A DNA stretch of 63,834 bases, filler included, from Collodictyon triciliatum (lineage: Eukaryota), in assembly GCA_043381765.1 (NCBI GenBank). It is 4 parts of 4 records of this genome, joined end to end, with 100 filler letters (N's around TTAATTAATTAA, not from the genome) between each part and the next. Parts side by side here need not be neighbours in the genome. Positions count along the whole stretch, not along the records: positions 1 to 31,582 come from JBHJMP010000378.1; 3 more parts are not named here. The stretch is one strand, 5' to 3'. Positions 1-20,048 of this stretch are shown here, piece after piece. The translations under genes and the position numbers were made by a program. The notes beneath the pieces were generated by a model. That model had not been told where the DNA came from. It saw nothing but the letters and a program-made list of their open reading frames with translations, and made no database searches. Each line of letters opens with the position of its first letter. The first letter of the stretch is position 1.

Positions 1-102
1 TTTATTTTTTTATTTTTTATTTTTTATTTTTTATTTTTTATTTTTTATTTTTTATTTTTTATTTTTTATTTTTTATTTTTTATTTTTTATTTTTTATTTT
101 TG
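1..102. repeat. (TTTTTTA)n microsatellite
   Basis: Directly visible, downstream of the VPS53 stop. Confidence 0.95.
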
Positions 103-165
103 CGGTGGTGAGTCAGAGGTGGGTTGTGGACCCAACTGCATCTGAGGTAGTGAAAGCACCAAACA

Positions 166-5732
<5,567 letters not shown>

Positions 5733-6768
5733 TAGAAGGGCGAAGATGAGTGGCCTGCAGAAACAAGCGCCAGAGGTATTCAAATAGGTGCTTGACACTC
5801 GGTGTTGGGAGAGTTCTTGAAGCGATGCATCAGCAACTTCACTGCGCCAGAATAAAGAACGGATTCAAGAGATCATCAAATAAATGAAAAGAATCAAGGC
5901 GGAAAAAAAGAGGTTGGCAGCTTGTGATCAAAGCCTGATCATTATTTTACAAATGCGGAAAATATTATATAGTAATTGTATAGTGCATAATGCAATTTAA
6001 TTCGGCCATAGAACTGAATTACTCATGTAATTAATACATGATAATAATATTTATGTATCATATCAGTCTTCAACTATTTCGCCACGCGGCAAGAAGAGAG
6101 AAATTGGAAGTAGAATCATTCGATACAAAAAAGGAGAAATCCTATGAAACAGTTGACCCAAATATGGACCGAAGAAGCTATTTCCTATTCCGTTTATCTG
6201 CTCGCACAGCCCAAATCCATGATTTTCCGGCAGCAGAATTCGTCGCAGCACGAGAAAATCAACTCTGTGCAATTTCGGGCGCATATGAAATCAAAAACCA
6301 ACAAAGTGAGGCGATGCGATAGGAGTTTGAAGGAGTGAGGCTGCCGTGTGGGAGTCCGTCGTGACAGAGAGTGATGCTTCCGTCCAACCCAGCCCGGCCC
6401 CACGAGAGAGTCTGGTTATGCCACTTCTATTTTTTCAGATATATATGTGAGTAGAAGTGACAGGTCATCAAACACGGCAGCCGGGCACCGCACCCGAACC
6501 ATGAACGCCTGCTTGCGCTGTGTCTGCCGCTCTTCGAATCTGTGATTCGTTTGCCAGGAAAAGATGGGTGAACCCCAAAAACCCAACCAAAAAATGAGTC
6601 CAACAAAAAGAAAAAAAAACCTAAAAAAAAACCCAAAAAACCCAAAAAAACGTAAAATATCAAACCAATAACAAAGGGAGATGGCTCATGATTAAGTAGA
6701 CTAAAATTAATGAGATAATACAGAAGAGCAAAACTACAGGAACTCAGTCAACTAAGAAACGCTGCTGG

Positions 6769-9197
6769 ATGGGGAAAGGAAAAGAAGAAGCAGACCTCGG
6801 CAACGAAAGTGGGGAAGACTCCTCCGTGGACAAGGCCTCGTCATCGCACTCGTCTGAAAGAACTGGGCAAAGTCTAGAGCGTCTTCTATGGCGTCTTCTG
6901 TCCAAAGCCACGTTTCTGGACACTGCGAGCCAGGATGGGGGATCCGAGGATGGAGATGTAAAAGAGGCATTTGTCTTTGAGAGCTCGCTAACACTCGTGG
7001 TCTATCTCGTTTGCCTGGTGTCCGTCATTCGCGGGGCTGTTTTGACAGCCTACGAGGCCAGTGGAGTCGCACAGGGGCTGGCCTTTGCGGTAGCCGGGGC
7101 GTATGTGGGGGGACTCTTACTCTATCGCTGGACACGCGACTTTGAAGTCTATCGCAACACTGTGCTGACTGCCATGTCTGTGTTTGGCGTGTTGGAACAT
7201 GTCTGGGCTGGTGGCTGGGCTCAGTCTGGGATGGTTATGTTGTGGGGATTTTTGGCAATGCTTCTGGCGATTCTGTACAACCGACGCAGCGCTTATCTTG
7301 TTTGGTGGACGATATATACCGTAATGCTGATATTCCTAGCTTTGAGAGAATCTACTGCCGCGCACAACCTCTCATTACCCCGCTCGGCTCGCACACTTAT
7401 CTTCTTTCTCAACATATATGCACCTACAGTCTGTATCATCTTTATTTTGTCTTATTACAAGTCCACAGTAATGAGACAGAGGAGAGACATTGTTCGTGCC
7501 AAGAAAGCTGCTGAGCAGCTGCTGAATAATATGCTGCCGCCTAAAATTATTCGTCAGATCAAGTCTGGTATGATTTCACTATAGTAACTTTACTTTAAAT
7601 TTATGTTCATTAATATGCAACTGGATAGGGGTTAATCCTTGAGTTCTTTTTTAAAACTCTTTTTACATTTTATCCTCTCTCTATTGGTAAAGGCCAGAAC
7701 CATGTGATCGAGGAGTTTGACTCGGTCACAGTATTCTTCTTAGATATTTGCCAATTCACAAATCTTTCGAGCACTGTTCGGCCTGAGCAGATGTTTCAGT
7801 TCATCAATGAATTGTGGTTGATTGTGGATGATGTTGCTGAAAAGAACGGGGTCTATAAAATCGAAGTACTTACAATTATTTTATTTAAACGGAAAAAAAA
7901 AACTACCCCATTTCCGAGTTATAAACTAATATCTTAATTTTTATTACTAGTAATTTTGTGTGCAAATCGCTCAATGAATTACTAATTGATAGACCATCGG
8001 AGATGCATATGTTGCCGTTGCGGGATGTCCAGAAAAATTCGATGACCACGCAGAGCGTATGGCTGACTTTGCACTCCAGGTGATGGAAAAGTCGAAAACA
8101 ATATTGTGTCCTGACGGAAAGCCACTTCGCTTTAGAATGGGATTTCACTCTGGGTAACGAAAAGCCATTGCGATCCTTTTGTTTATTATTCCTCTTCAAT
8201 CTAACCTCCCTATAACTGTCTCTTATATGGTTTAAAACACACGGAATAATATAAGTGACAATGTCCCAAGTACCTTTCTCGATGTTCTTACCTAATCACT
8301 AGCCGTTTACATGCTATATTACAGTTTTCAAGAATTTCGTGAATCATAACCAACAACACAATCAGCCGGAGTATTTCTTATTAAACTTTCATCGTGTGTA
8401 TAGGCCTGTCGTTGCAGGGATTGTAGGGTATAAGATGCCTCATTATTCTCTTTTTGGGGAGACAGTGAACACGGTATCCTATTGAATCACTATTCTTCTT
8501 TCTTTTTTCTTTTTTTTAGTGACTCTTGCGTCATGGCACATTATAATTACCATATAAATGAACGGGTAGATATATTTTCAAGTATCCGCTGGCTTATCTT
8601 TTTTTTTTTTACATAACTTTTAATCATTTGCCTGTATTGCTTAAGGCATCCAAAATGGAGTCAAATGGAGAGCCGGGAAAAATTCATGTATCCCCAACGG
8701 CAGCTGCTTTGCTAAGAAGTGCTTTTGAACTTGAGCCACGGGGGCCAATCGAAATCAAGGGAAAAGGAACCATGGACACATTTTTCTTGAAAGCTCGCAA
8801 AGCCGAGATGGCGTATGATGAAAGCCTAGGAATATCGTCGCTTAATATTCCAAATGTTGTGGAGACAGATGACAGTCAAGACCCATCGGGGCTTGTGTTC
8901 GTAGACCCCAAAGAGTTATCAATGAAGGGAAACGCCTTTGTGCCAACAGAGATGAGCTTGCCGTCAGACCGGAAAGACTCTGTTGAAGAGGAGGATGAAG
9001 AACCTGGGAACCACAATAGGCCGATAACCAGCTTGGCCGATATGCACCTTCAAATCCACTCATCTGATGAGTTCCTTAATGATTCCGCATGCACTGATGA
9101 CGCCACACAAGCACCTCGCATATTACAAATCACCAGAAAGGATTCGGACGGCTCTGTTCAGAAGGAGGGGGTCGTTGTACTGGATGTTGAAGACTAG
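6769..9197 (+). CDS. Membrane-bound class III nucleotidyl cyclase (guanylate-cyclase-type specificity Glu), ~6 TM helices, coiled coil, single catalytic domain
   Basis: Exons 6769-7567, 7693-7865, 7993-8153, 8404-8473, 8646-9197 splice in frame. Motifs AEQLLNNMLPPKI, VTVFFLDICQFT, VYKIETIGDAYV, RMGFHSGPVVAGIVG, MPHYSLFGETVNTASKMES, IEIKGKG. Exon 1 has several hydrophobic helices. Confidence 0.92.
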
Positions 9198-9441
9198 CCA
9201 GAAAACTAATTAGCACCATAATAGCCCACATCTTCCATTTCACTCGCTCCATCCATCCCAAATCGCCTTCACCTCAATCAGTTTATATGCAAAACTTGAC
9301 TCATCACTCGCATGCTTGTTACTCCACGAAATAAAGGTTTACTTAAACAATCAAGGAACGAAGCGGACAAACTTGGGATAGGAAACTATACTTGTGCGAT
9401 AATATTTCTTATATTTATAATCACTCCTTTATGGCAACGTT

Positions 9442-9514
9442 GCCCGGTTAGCTCAGTCGGTAGAGCGTCAGGCTTTTAACCTGAATGTCGTGGGTTCGAC
9501 CCCCACACCGGGCG
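9442..9514 (+). tRNA. tRNA-Lys, anticodon TTT
   Basis: Cloverleaf: acceptor GCCCGGT/ACCGGGC, D arm GCTC..GAGC, anticodon stem TCAGG/CCTGA with loop CT-TTT-AA, T arm GTGGG-TTCGACC-CCCAC. A T5 Pol III terminator follows at ~9523. Confidence 0.97.
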
Positions 9515-9664
9515 ATGAGAAATTTTTGGTCTTGCTGCGCACAACGATATCCGCTTTTACTTCAACTCTTCTGCTCTTCTGTCATAATCCAACCTCCTTT
9601 TTTTTCTTCTCGCCTATCCTTCCGCCCTCACTGAGACAGCCGACAGTCGAGTTGTTTCCCTTCT

Positions 9665-10048
9665 ATGGCTGGAAACGAAGTTGAGAGTGCCCAACAGCTC
9701 TTATTGGTTGCGAGGAATGAATACAGCGGTTTTGAGGAGTGTATGGATGAGGTATGTAAGGGTTGATCTTATTTTGTTGGCAGGCACTGTTTGCTTTACC
9801 CACCCACGAACTTTTGTGTTCGAGCTGATAATGATTCGATCCTTTTTGGAGAGTCTCCATTTTGAATTATACTATCTTTTTTTTCTTTGCTCACTTGCCC
9901 ACCTTGCGTCGACTCCCCAGATGGGACGTAACAGTGAAGATACTTCTGTGGTGATTGGATCGAGCACCGAGTTAAATATAAAAGCAGTCACCCTTTTCGA
10001 ACGGCTTGCATTAGAAGAGGTCATATAATTCACAAACATAATTCTTCC

Positions 10049-10138
<90 letters not shown>

Positions 10139-11503
10139 ATTAATCACACCGCTAATTAAAATAAGAGAATATATGATATTTTTATGCATGTGTACTTGTG
10201 GCATCTTATGAAACGGTGGTACAGATACCATTTATCATCCCATATCGTTACATCGCAAAGACAGGTCATCTTCTATGGCCTTACTAATCTTTTTATGCGT
10301 TAGGTGCAATCTGTTCGTATTGGAGACTTAAAGAAATGTTCATTCGAGGAGTCCGCCATAATACGATTGAAGGCGATCTTTCATCAGATCGATAATGCAA
10401 GGAAAAAAACCATGCGCATCAATCACTCCAGCTCCAACATGTGCTTCGTGAGAAACTGTGATACTGTCATCAAGGCAACACAAGAAAAATTCTGGAGACC
10501 AAGAAGCATTAAACTCTTCCTGCCCAGTGGATTAGACCAAGCTGTATTTAGGCTAGTAAAAACCTATGATGGGGATGAAATAAGCTCGGGAAAAAAATCT
10601 TTAAATCCCCTGCATGTCCTTGTGGCGCGATGGGTAATCACCGGGCTGCCTCCTATCCAGCGGGACGTTACTAAGATAAAAAAATCAAGTGAATCAGTAG
10701 GACGAGACGGAATCCCCATCAAGTTCAACCGACCATATGGACTCGCTATCCACCCATTTACAAACCGAGTCTATGTAGCTGATAGAGAAAACAGTCGAAT
10801 CGTAATGCTTAATGGAGAGGACCTGAGTCTCATAGGGACTTTTAGGAAGTATGGACGTGGACCTGAAGATTTATATGAGCCTGTTGCCATAGCGGTGTCT
10901 CCAGATGGGATGACGGTGGCCATATCAGACCAATACAATCACAGGGTTGTTCTTGCAGACAGCGAAACTGGGAAACATATTCGGACTCTTGTCATGAAAA
11001 ATGCAGACACCCCTATCGGAATATCATCACCCCACGGTATTTGCTATGACTCGCGTGGTCATTTGTATGTTGCTGATAATGACATCGGGCTTGTTCTCCA
11101 TTTTGACCCAAAAGGCGAACTAATTAACACAATTGGAATGGAAAAAGGAATCAAGACTATTGGCCAACCAGAAGGACTGGCAATTATTGACGACGATATA
11201 CTCATAGCGGTCGGAAGTGGGCAAGGAGTTGTCCATGCATTTTCTCCGGTGACAGGAGAGCTCCTTCGTTCGTTCAACATCAAGCCACTGGCCAAAGGGG
11301 CTGTCAACTCAAACACTTTGGCGCGTGGGCCGGACGGTGGCTTTGTCGTGTGTGACCGTAACCATAACGTTGTGGTATTCTATTCCGCCTCTGGTGATTT
11401 CCTTCACTCTTTCACAGCTGCCCATCCCATGGGCGCAATCTTTGACAGGTGGAACCGTCTCTTGCTGCCCTGTACTGACGAGCGGGTCATCTACATTTGC
11501 TGA
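9665..11503 (+). CDS. NHL-repeat (beta-propeller) protein with an uncharacterised N-terminal region
   Basis: Exons 9665-9751, 9921-10019, 10304-11503 join in phase 0. Repeats FNRPYGLAI..VYVADRENSRI, EPVAIAV..ISDQYNHRV, SPHGICYD..LYVAD, QPEGLAI, VCDRNHNVV. Confidence 0.85.
10050..10136. repeat. (TTA)n in NHL gene intron 2
   Basis: Directly visible. Confidence 0.95.
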
Positions 11504-11902
11504 GTGGGAGGCAACACCACGAGGAAGACAGGCTGCGAGTGCGATTCCCTCGTTGAATCTCTTGCAGTCACTCTCGCTCATATAGTTTCCTTTTGCTGAG
11601 ACACTTTGAACCGACTAATGGGAAAATTAAACATATCGTTTCATTTGCCAGGACAACGAATAAACGGCAGCGTACTCACTGTTTGGTGGGGTTGGTTGAT
11701 TGTGAGTTTTATTTTATTTTTTTGTGGTGGATGCGGGACTACAAGGTTCCAGGGCGCCCGAGAATGCCCTTTCCAATTAGCCATCGGTCGATTCCTCTCA
11801 TCGATTACCACATTGTCCCCAACAGATTAAAAGAGAAAGAAATGAAATTGGGCGGATGCGGTAGAAAAGGGAGCGAGTGAAAGCACAGGGACAATACCCA
11901 CT

Positions 11903-13262
11903 TTAGTCGGCCTTCTGCCCAGAGACAGCAGCTTTCGAAGCGCCAAGCGCGGCAGACCGCTCCTTGCGAATCACACGGGAGTAAAGGGTGACCTTCGGGT
12001 CGAAGAGGAAATTGTAGAGGACGCCCACCCATGAGTCGTACGACTCGAGGTTGTCGTAGAACTCTGGGGCGAGAGCGCGGACCTTTGGCAGATTCCAGCC
12101 AGCAATGTCTGGGAAGTCGTGGTGCTCATTGTGGTATCCCACAAAGAAGGTAACGTAATTGAGGATGCCGTAATATGAGTATGTCTCCTGGCTTGGGTTC
12201 TGGGCGATGATGTAGTGCTCGGCGATGAAGTGGCCGGCACATGGGTGGAGACCGTGGCCGATGAGGGATGACAGGGCCAGATACAGGATGGCCGAGAGAC
12301 CCCAGTGGTACGCGATAAGGGCATCTGTGCTTGCGATGAAAAGCACATTAAGCAGCTCCTCCAGGCACATGGAATGCGGAGACACAATCAGCGGGCGCAG
12401 GCCATACATGAACGGCTGTAGGGAGAGCCAGATGAACTTTCCAAGGGCTCCGCGGAAGATTTGCGCCTCCAAGACAGAAGGCACGTCCACATCAACACCA
12501 TCCACGCCTTGGCTCGTGTGATGGCGCAGGTGATAGTATCGGAAGGAGACGACTGTTGGCACAAGCATGGGCACGTTGCACAGGAAGGCAAATGCGCGGT
12601 TGGCATATCGCGAGCGGAAGCACAGGCCGTGTGAAAGCTCGTGATTCGCCAAGGACAAACTGTGGTTTGCAGTCGCGCCAAACAGATACAGTGCCGGTGC
12701 GAGAAGCCATAGGCTCATGGTGCTGCTGGCTCGGGCAAGGATCAGCTGCGTGTTGGGGAGAGGGGGATATTAAGCGAATAATATCGGTATAATGTGGTTC
12801 TGTATGCACTGTGTGTGGTATAGTTGGTGCAGAAAAGGCTGTTGAGTATTCTGTGCGTTTTCGCCTGATGGATCGCTGACTGTGACGGGTCTCACCTGTC
12901 CGACGATCAAGAAAGAGGCAAAGAAGAAGGTCTTCACAGACGGCCCCTTCAGGCTGCGGATTTCCGGATGGGCTGCGAGGATCCGAGAGCGGCGGAGGGC
13001 ATGTGGCTCGTCCTGGTTGCTCCAGAAGAAGTTGTGCTTCAGTGGCTCCACTTCACGAGGGTCGAGCGACGAGGCGAGCGATTCTGCAGAGGGGGTTGGG
13101 TGAGCCTTTTCTTTTTCCTTTTTTTCTTTCTCTTTTTTTTTCTTTCTCTTTTTTTTCTTTTTTTCTTTTTTTTCTTTTTCATATTTCTATTTCTATTTCT
13201 ATTTCAATTATGTTTGATCGTTCCTCCTTGTCTTGCGCCTTACTTGGGGGATCGTTGGGCAT
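11903..13262 (-). CDS. DEGS1: Sphingolipid delta(4)-desaturase (DES1/DEGS1 family)
   Basis: Exons 13262-13244, 13083-12896, 12745-11903. N-terminal FFWSNQDEPHALRRSRILAAHPEI (Lipid_DES), His boxes HELSH, HLRHH, HNEHH, plus HPCAGHFIAEHY and ETYSYYG. Confidence 0.96.
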
Positions 13263-14363
13263 GATTCTATCGGGCTGAAGTCCCAGGCTGTCTCTGCAGT
13301 CAAATGTTGTTGAGGAGAGGGCACGAAAGCTTGCTTGTGTCCTGCAGTGAAAAGGCTACTCGGTGAGAAAAATGCCGTGCGTCTGGACAGCAGCTTCCTG
13401 GTTCTGAGTCCAGAAGTCTCTACGCGTGGCACGCTTGTCGTAGGCTTTGTGATTCGTCGGCTGAGCCGCCTTGCGATTGTGTGGCGTTGGGGCGTCTCTG
13501 CCTGAAGAGGTGGGTGAGAGACAATCATGCGTGATCAATTTTGATCCGGTAAATAACCAAGGATGTATTCCACATAAGTTTAATTTTTACGGAATTCCCA
13601 CTTTCCCAGATGATTTTTGATTCCCATTAGTAATTTCCATTGTGTCTTGTGTGAATGGTGTGTATTCTGTGGGTGGAATGCCGTGGCGTTGTACGATGTA
13701 AGGTGTACTGTGGCTCTCAATAATTTTGCTGTCTGTTGGGGCGATTTCTGATTAGATACATATAATGTTAATTTATTATGTTATTTAATGTATATAGTGA
13801 CTATTAATGCAGATAAAGAGACAATAATTATCTAAATGTATATATTCCAGATTAGAAGTGGCTGCTTCGCTGACGCAGCGCGCGCTGGTATTGCGCGGAG
13901 AAGCTTGCGTATAAATGCTGGATATCTCACCCAACGCTGATGTGTTAGTATAAATCATTACAATTTCCCCTCTGCATCTACAAGCGTTGCTGTGTCGATA
14001 TGGTGACCAATTATATGTATTTTTTTTTCACGGGTATATAGGCCATAATGTGAATAGAGATTTTGACAAGCCCAGAAGAACCAACATGGCAATCCGAGAT
14101 AACTTTGCTCGCTTGGTAAAATCTTGTCTCCACATGATGTTCAGCGGGGACATTGAAAGTAAAATAATTAACAAGATTCAATGTCTACTATCCAGTCTGG
14201 GGTTGTACCAACAAAGGCAATTCGATTTTATCAACTCCCCTCTATTTTTTTTTTCTACCCGCAGAGTTTCCCTTTCTTAAAGGTTTTATTCATCCACAGA
14301 AGGGTGATGGGTGAGTGACTAGGGACTCTGTGGCGCGTGCTTTCGTAGGTTTGAGGCACGCTC

Positions 14364-18060
<3,697 letters not shown>

Positions 18061-18139
18061 GATTGAAGATAACAAACAGAAAACGTTATTAATGAATTAC
18101 TTCTTTAAATTTACACAATTCAATAGTTCTCTCAAAGAC

Positions 18140-18598
18140 AAAAAGAAAAGAGAAAAAGAAAAGAGAAAAAGAAAAGAGAAAAAGAAAAGAGAAAAAGAAA
18201 AGAGAAAAAGAAAAGAGAAAAAGAAAAGAGAAAAAGAANNNNNNNNNNNNNNNNNNNNNNNNNNNNNNNNNNNNNNNNNNNNNNNNNNNNNNNNNNNNNN
18301 NNNNNNNNNNNNNNNNNNNNNNNNNNNNNNNNNNNNNNNNNNNNNNNNNNNNNNNNNNNNNNNNNNNNNNNNNNNNNNNNNNNNNNNNNNNNNNNNNNNN
18401 NNNNNNNNNNNNNNNNNNNNNNNNNNNNNNNNNNNNNNNNNNNNNNNNNNNNNNNNNNNNNNNNNNNNNNNNNNNNNNNNNNNNNNNNNNNNNNNNNNNN
18501 NNNNNNNNNNNNNNNNNNNNNNNNNNNNNNNNNNNNNNNNNNNNNNNNNNNNNNNNNNNNNNNNNNNNNNNNNNNNNNNNNNNNNNNNNNNNNNNNNN

Positions 18599-18676
<78 letters not shown>
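18140..18676. repeat. (GAAAAGAGAAAAA)n, N gap, poly(A)
   Basis: Directly visible. Confidence 0.9.
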
Positions 18677-18677
<1 letters not shown>

Positions 18678-19439
18678 AAAAACAAGTCAGAAGCGAGACA
18701 GGGCATTTGCCACACAGCCGTCCACATCCCACAAATCTAGTCATTCGCAACCATGCGAAAGTCAGTTTGTTGTGGCGAGTAAAAACATCGCATCCACGAG
18801 CCATGGCGTATGCAAGGATAAGCGCGACACTTCCTACTTTTCTCTTTGTCCATAGTGATTTCGTACCCACCCCGCTTGTATTTCCTTGGATCGACAGCAG
18901 CCTGATTCGCTCTGGAGCTGCCAGCGTGACGTTTTATTTATAGCACTACCCCCACCGTGCGCCAATCCTATCTATTCATACCTATTTTAGAATAGCACGG
19001 GCAAATCTACATTATACCATCACCAAATGCGGAATAAAGGGCTCTGTTCGATTGCCCGCCTCTGCATCTTCGCTTCTGGTGGGTGTTTGTTGCCATGTTC
19101 ATTTTTTTTTCCCCCCCTTTATTCGATTCAAAGTTGTTGCCATGTTCATACCGAGCACGTGCGCGGTCATTGGTGCCTTTTGCGATGGAGGCGAGTTTAC
19201 TGCAGTGAAGGTCTGAGAAGAGCACCAGAGTTATTTTTTCTTTCCATTAAAATCAATTTTTTTTTTATACTTATTCTCTTTGCTTATCTCATAGTTTGGT
19301 TGTTCGCTTTGTGTGGCCTCCAAATTATTTCATCACTACGACGCCAGCAGAATTTTCGGGGGGAGCAAAAGAAAAGGAGCGCTTCGTTTTAAACCAGCAA
19401 ATAATGATAAAACATCAACATACTCGAGAAGCATGTGTG

Positions 19440-19524
19440 GCCCGGCTAGTCTAATGGATATGATGGCGGCCTCCTATGCGAAGGCTATAGCCGCAGGTTG
19501 TGGGTTCGAGTCCCACGTCGGGTG
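19440..19524 (+). tRNA. tRNA-Arg, anticodon CCT, with 12-nt intron (19477-19488)
   Basis: Acceptor GCCCGGC/GTCGGGT, D loop AATGGATA, anticodon stem GCGGC/GCCGC with loop CT-CCT-A[TGCGAAGGCTAT]A, T arm GTGGG-TTCGAGT-CCCAC; T5 terminator downstream. Confidence 0.93.
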
Positions 19525-20048
19525 GCCATGAATATTTTTGGCTTCCTGAAAAGCCTGCTGAAACACGCTCGCATTCTTCGCTACTCTGACCGCAAGCGAA
19601 GGGAGATGTGGGAATGTGTCGTGCGATATCTCCCACAGCATATCCAACCCCTGCTTCCCACGCAGCCAATAAACCAGTTGGGACGTCCACCTGACCAACT
19701 CGCTATCACTGATTTCTTTCCAGTGCTACCCTCTCCACGGTAGTGTCTTACTCGCGTTTGCTCTCTACCATGCGCACCTATCTCGCTCTTTTTATGGCAT
19801 AACCTCGCTGCATTTTGAATCGAATAAAGAAAAAAACGCGATTGCATAAAGTGAAACACCTCCTTTTGAAATCTAATATACATCGCATTAATATCCAAGC
19901 TGGGATGTATTGTGTCTCCTTCAATAGCAGTCACAATCTAGTTTCATTTTTTCTGTAGATTTACCCAAAGGGCGTATTTATGAAATGTCATTGGTTTAGA
20001 AATGGCAGTTTTTGGACTGCCATGGAGGCATGAGGTACCATTGCCTCG

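Noticed and set aside
8474..8645. Possible U12-type intron (donor GTATCCTA)
   Set aside because: The donor deviates from GTATCCTT and there is no TCCTTAAC branch site near the acceptor; treated as U2-type.
13107..13210. Purine-rich 3' splice site in DEGS1 intron 1
   Set aside because: A normal branch point and pyrimidine tract (GCTCAC..CCCTCTGCAG at 13084) gives an in-frame junction.
19195..19230. GAAGGTCTGAGA resembling RNase P RNA CR-I or a snoRNA D box
   Set aside because: No matching CR-V (TTCAGAC-like) partner or convincing C box, and a T-run follows immediately.
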